DNA from: Candidatus Omnitrophica bacterium 4484_171
Lineage (GTDB): Bacteria > Omnitrophota > Gorgyraeia > Duberdicusellales > 4484-171
Assembly: GCA_002049895.1 (NCBI GenBank)
Contig: MVCW01000001.1
Span: forward strand, 1 to 34,128
Direction of reading: 5' to 3'
DNA length: 34,128 nucleotides
Shown here in pieces: positions 31,989 to 34,128 of this stretch. The stretch's first letter is position 1, and every line of letters begins with the position of its first letter. The position numbers and the translations under genes were made by a program. Below the pieces are notes generated by a model, which searched no databases, was not told the DNA's origin, and worked only from the letters and a program-made list of their open reading frames with translations.

Positions 31989-33391
31989 TGGCAAAAGACC
32001 TCCTTAAACTAAGCGGTTTAGAGATTGCTGAATGTATAAAAAATACCGAAGTATCAAAAGATGAAGTGCTTTCTTTCTTCCGCAAAAGAATCGACAGTAT
32101 AGACCCCCGTATAAAAAGTTTTGTCGAGGTATATTCCGAACCTGTTAAAACCCTGGGGGGTTCAAACCTTGCCGGTGTTCCGATAGCTCTTAAAGATAAT
32201 ATATGCATTAAGGGTAAAAGAATTAGCTGTGCTTCACGTATTTTGAGTTCTCATATTTCTGTTTATGATGCGACAGTGGTAAAGCGTCTTAAAGAAGCCG
32301 GCCTTTTGATTGCAGGTACGACCAATATGGATGAATTCGCTTTTGGTTCCTCTACAGAAAGTTCTTGTTACGGACCTACTCGTAATCCATGGGATTTGGA
32401 GCGTGTTCCCGGAGGCTCAAGCGGAGGTTCAGCGGCGGCTGTAGCGATGCGGCTTGTTCCCTTTGCGTTAGGCTCAGACACCGGAGGTTCTATCCGCCAG
32501 CCGGCATCTTTTTGCGGAGTTGTAGGTTTTAAGCCGACATACGGAAGAGTTTCCCGTTACGGGCTGGTTGCGTTTGGATCAAGCCTTGACCAGATAGGTC
32601 CTATAACCACGAATTTTATTGATTGTGCGTATCTTCTCAATGTAATATGCGGTTTTGACGAACACGATTCCACATCATCCCGCAAAGATACTCCCGATTT
32701 TACACAATTTCTAAGGAAGGACATTAAAGGTTTACGCGTCGGAATTCCTAAAGAGTATTTCTCAGCCGGTCTGGATAGAGAAGTGGAGTCAGCACTTAAA
32801 GAGGCAGTTAATATTTTTAAGAAGCAAGGGGCAAAAATAGTAGATGTTTCTCTGCCGCATACGGAATATGCCGTTGCCACTTATTACATAATTGCTCCTT
32901 CTGAGGCAAGCTCAAACCTGGAGCGTTTTGACGGCATAAGATACGGAATGCGCAAAGATGCTTCTGCTTTGATTGAGCTTTACAAAAAGACGCGTGGAGC
33001 CGGGTTCGGAGACGAAGCTAAACGCAGGATACTTATTGGAACTTATAGCTTATCAAGCGGATATTATCAGGCGTATTATATGAGAGCGGCAAAGGTGAGA
33101 ACGCTCATTAAGAAGGATTTCGAAGATGTTTTTAGAAGCGTGGATGTTATTTTGACTCCTACGTCTCCTGCCGCGGCATTTAAAATAGGAGAAAAGACTA
33201 AAGATCCCTTGAGCATGTATCTTTCAGATATTTATACTATCCCAGTTAATTTGGCAGGCATCTGTGCGGTGTCTTTTCCATGCGGTTTTACCAGAAATAA
33301 TTTACCTATTGGAGCGCAGCTTATAGGCTTATTAACGCAGGGTTTAGTTTCCAACAGGAGACAGATTATCACAATAAGATTCCCGTCATAA
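31988..33391 (+). CDS. gatA: Glu/Asp-tRNA amidotransferase subunit A (3' end possibly frameshifted)
   Basis: The amidase signature is [12 protein letters not shown], with [16 protein letters not shown] and IALKDNI also present. The last ~20 aa of this frame are not GatA-like, whereas the +2 frame is. Confidence 0.93.
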   Translation: MAKDLLKLSGLEIAECIKNTEVSKDEVLSFFRKRIDSIDPRIKSFVEVYSEPVKTLGGSNLAGVPIALKDNICIKGKRISCASRILSSHISVYDATVVKRLKEAGLLIAGTTNMDEFAFGSSTESSCYGPTRNPWDLERVPGGSSGGSAAAVAMRLVPFALGSDTGGSIRQPASFCGVVGFKPTYGRVSRYGLVAFGSSLDQIGPITTNFIDCAYLLNVICGFDEHDSTSSRKDTPDFTQFLRKDIKGLRVGIPKEYFSAGLDREVESALKEAVNIFKKQGAKIVDVSLPHTEYAVATYYIIAPSEASSNLERFDGIRYGMRKDASALIELYKKTRGAGFGDEAKRRILIGTYSLSSGYYQAYYMRAAKVRTLIKKDFEDVFRSVDVILTPTSPAAAFKIGEKTKDPLSMYLSDIYTIPVNLAGICAVSFPCGFTRNNLPIGAQLIGLLTQGLVSNRRQIITIRFPS

Positions 33392-33403
33392 ATATGTAAG
33401 GTT

Positions 33404-34128
33404 ATGGAATACGAGGTTGTAATTGGTTTAGAGGTTCATGTCCAGCTTGCTACGGAATCGAAAATATTCTGCAGCTGCTCTACGGATTTTGAAAGCAAGC
33501 CCAATACGAACATTTGCCCTGTTTGCTGCGGGTACCCCGGTGTTCTTCCTGTCCTCAACCGCCGGGCCGTTGAGCTTGCTGTCAGAACAGCCCTTGCTCT
33601 TAACTGTAAAATAAATAAGAGGGTATATTTTGAACGCAAGAACTATTTCTATCCCGATTTACCTAAGAACTACCAGATTTCTCAGTATGAACTGCCCCTG
33701 GCTCATGACGGATACATTGTTTTGCCGTCTTTAAAAAGAATAGGCATTGAGAGAGCGCATCTTGAAGAAGATGCCGGAAAGCTGGTACATAAAGGGAATT
33801 ATTCCCTTGTTGATCTTAACCGTACGGGGATTCCTCTTCTTGAAATAGTAAGCCGTCCTGACATAAGGAGCGCTGATGAGGCATTTGACTATCTTAACTA
33901 TCTTAAACTTACTATACAGTACATCGGCGCATCAAGCTGTGATATGGAGAAGGGATATCTTCGCTGCGATGCTAATATTTCTGTCAGAAGAAAAGGCGGC
34001 GATATTTTAGGCACAAAAGTTGAGCTTAAAAACATGAATTCTTTCAGGGGCGTAAGAGATGCCCTTTTATATGAAGCGAAGAGGCAAATTAAGTGTCTGG
34101 ATGAAGGGAAGAAAATTTATCAGGAAAC
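33404..34128 (+). CDS. gatB: Glu/Asp-tRNA amidotransferase subunit B, 5' part (runs off the window)
   Basis: The ORF is not in the track because it has no stop in the window. It reads [29 protein letters not shown]...[17 protein letters not shown]...[19 protein letters not shown], which is a canonical GatB N-terminus. Confidence 0.93.
   Translation, partial: MEYEVVIGLEVHVQLATESKIFCSCSTDFESKPNTNICPVCCGYPGVLPVLNRRAVELAVRTALALNCKINKRVYFERKNYFYPDLPKNYQISQYELPLAHDGYIVLPSLKRIGIERAHLEEDAGKLVHKGNYSLVDLNRTGIPLLEIVSRPDIRSADEAFDYLNYLKLTIQYIGASSCDMEKGYLRCDANISVRRKGGDILGTKVELKNMNSFRGVRDALLYEAKRQIKCLDEGKKIYQE

Noticed and set aside
1-34128. Defence, toxin-antitoxin, prophage or secondary-metabolite (NRPS/PKS) content.
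   Set aside because: No nuclease, helicase, methylase-restriction pair, integrase, capsid or terminase, or small paired-ORF architecture was recognisable. Every large ORF has a more ordinary assignment.

Overview
This is a 34.1-kb, AT-rich, densely coded chromosomal segment from a bacterium with an outer membrane (secretin, AsmA-like, LolA-like and outer-membrane barrel genes). I cannot assign a taxon from the sequence alone.

Contents in order:
1. Positions 1-549 are full of stop codons. They hold a possible IS3-type transposase relic and REP-like hairpins, and they abut a pilM gene that has lost its 5' end.
2. A pilM-N-O-(PilP-position)-Q type IV pilus secretin module follows, then an ExeA/GspA-like AAA+ ATPase and a GspB-like protein.
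3. The most unusual block spans 5.8-18.9 kb, all on one strand. It encodes an acyl-CoA ligase and a B12-binding radical SAM enzyme. A translationally coupled set follows: nucleoside phosphorylase, MtnA isomerase, a truncated MtnA paralog and a class II aldolase fused to SCP2. The block ends with an aldehyde dehydrogenase, an MMPL/RND exporter, a LolA-like periplasmic protein and a DUF1302-type outer-membrane protein.
4. Housekeeping genes come next: rlmN, a TVP38/DedA-like protein, a PflX-type radical SAM protein, an RsmB/F-like methyltransferase, HU and another methyltransferase.
5. A minus-strand pair encodes a GH94-like glycoside phosphorylase and an AsmA-like protein.
6. The window ends with a thioredoxin-CcdA fusion, a NIL-domain protein, trmJ, a trpB2 relic, and gatC, gatA and gatB (3' partial).

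I found no rRNA, tRNA, CRISPR array or recognisable defence genes.

The gaps between genes carry several families of short nucleotide repeats, and one of them runs into coding sequence in two places. Several promoters sit so close to their ATG that the transcripts should be leaderless.

All calls rest on motif recognition by eye. No database search was possible.
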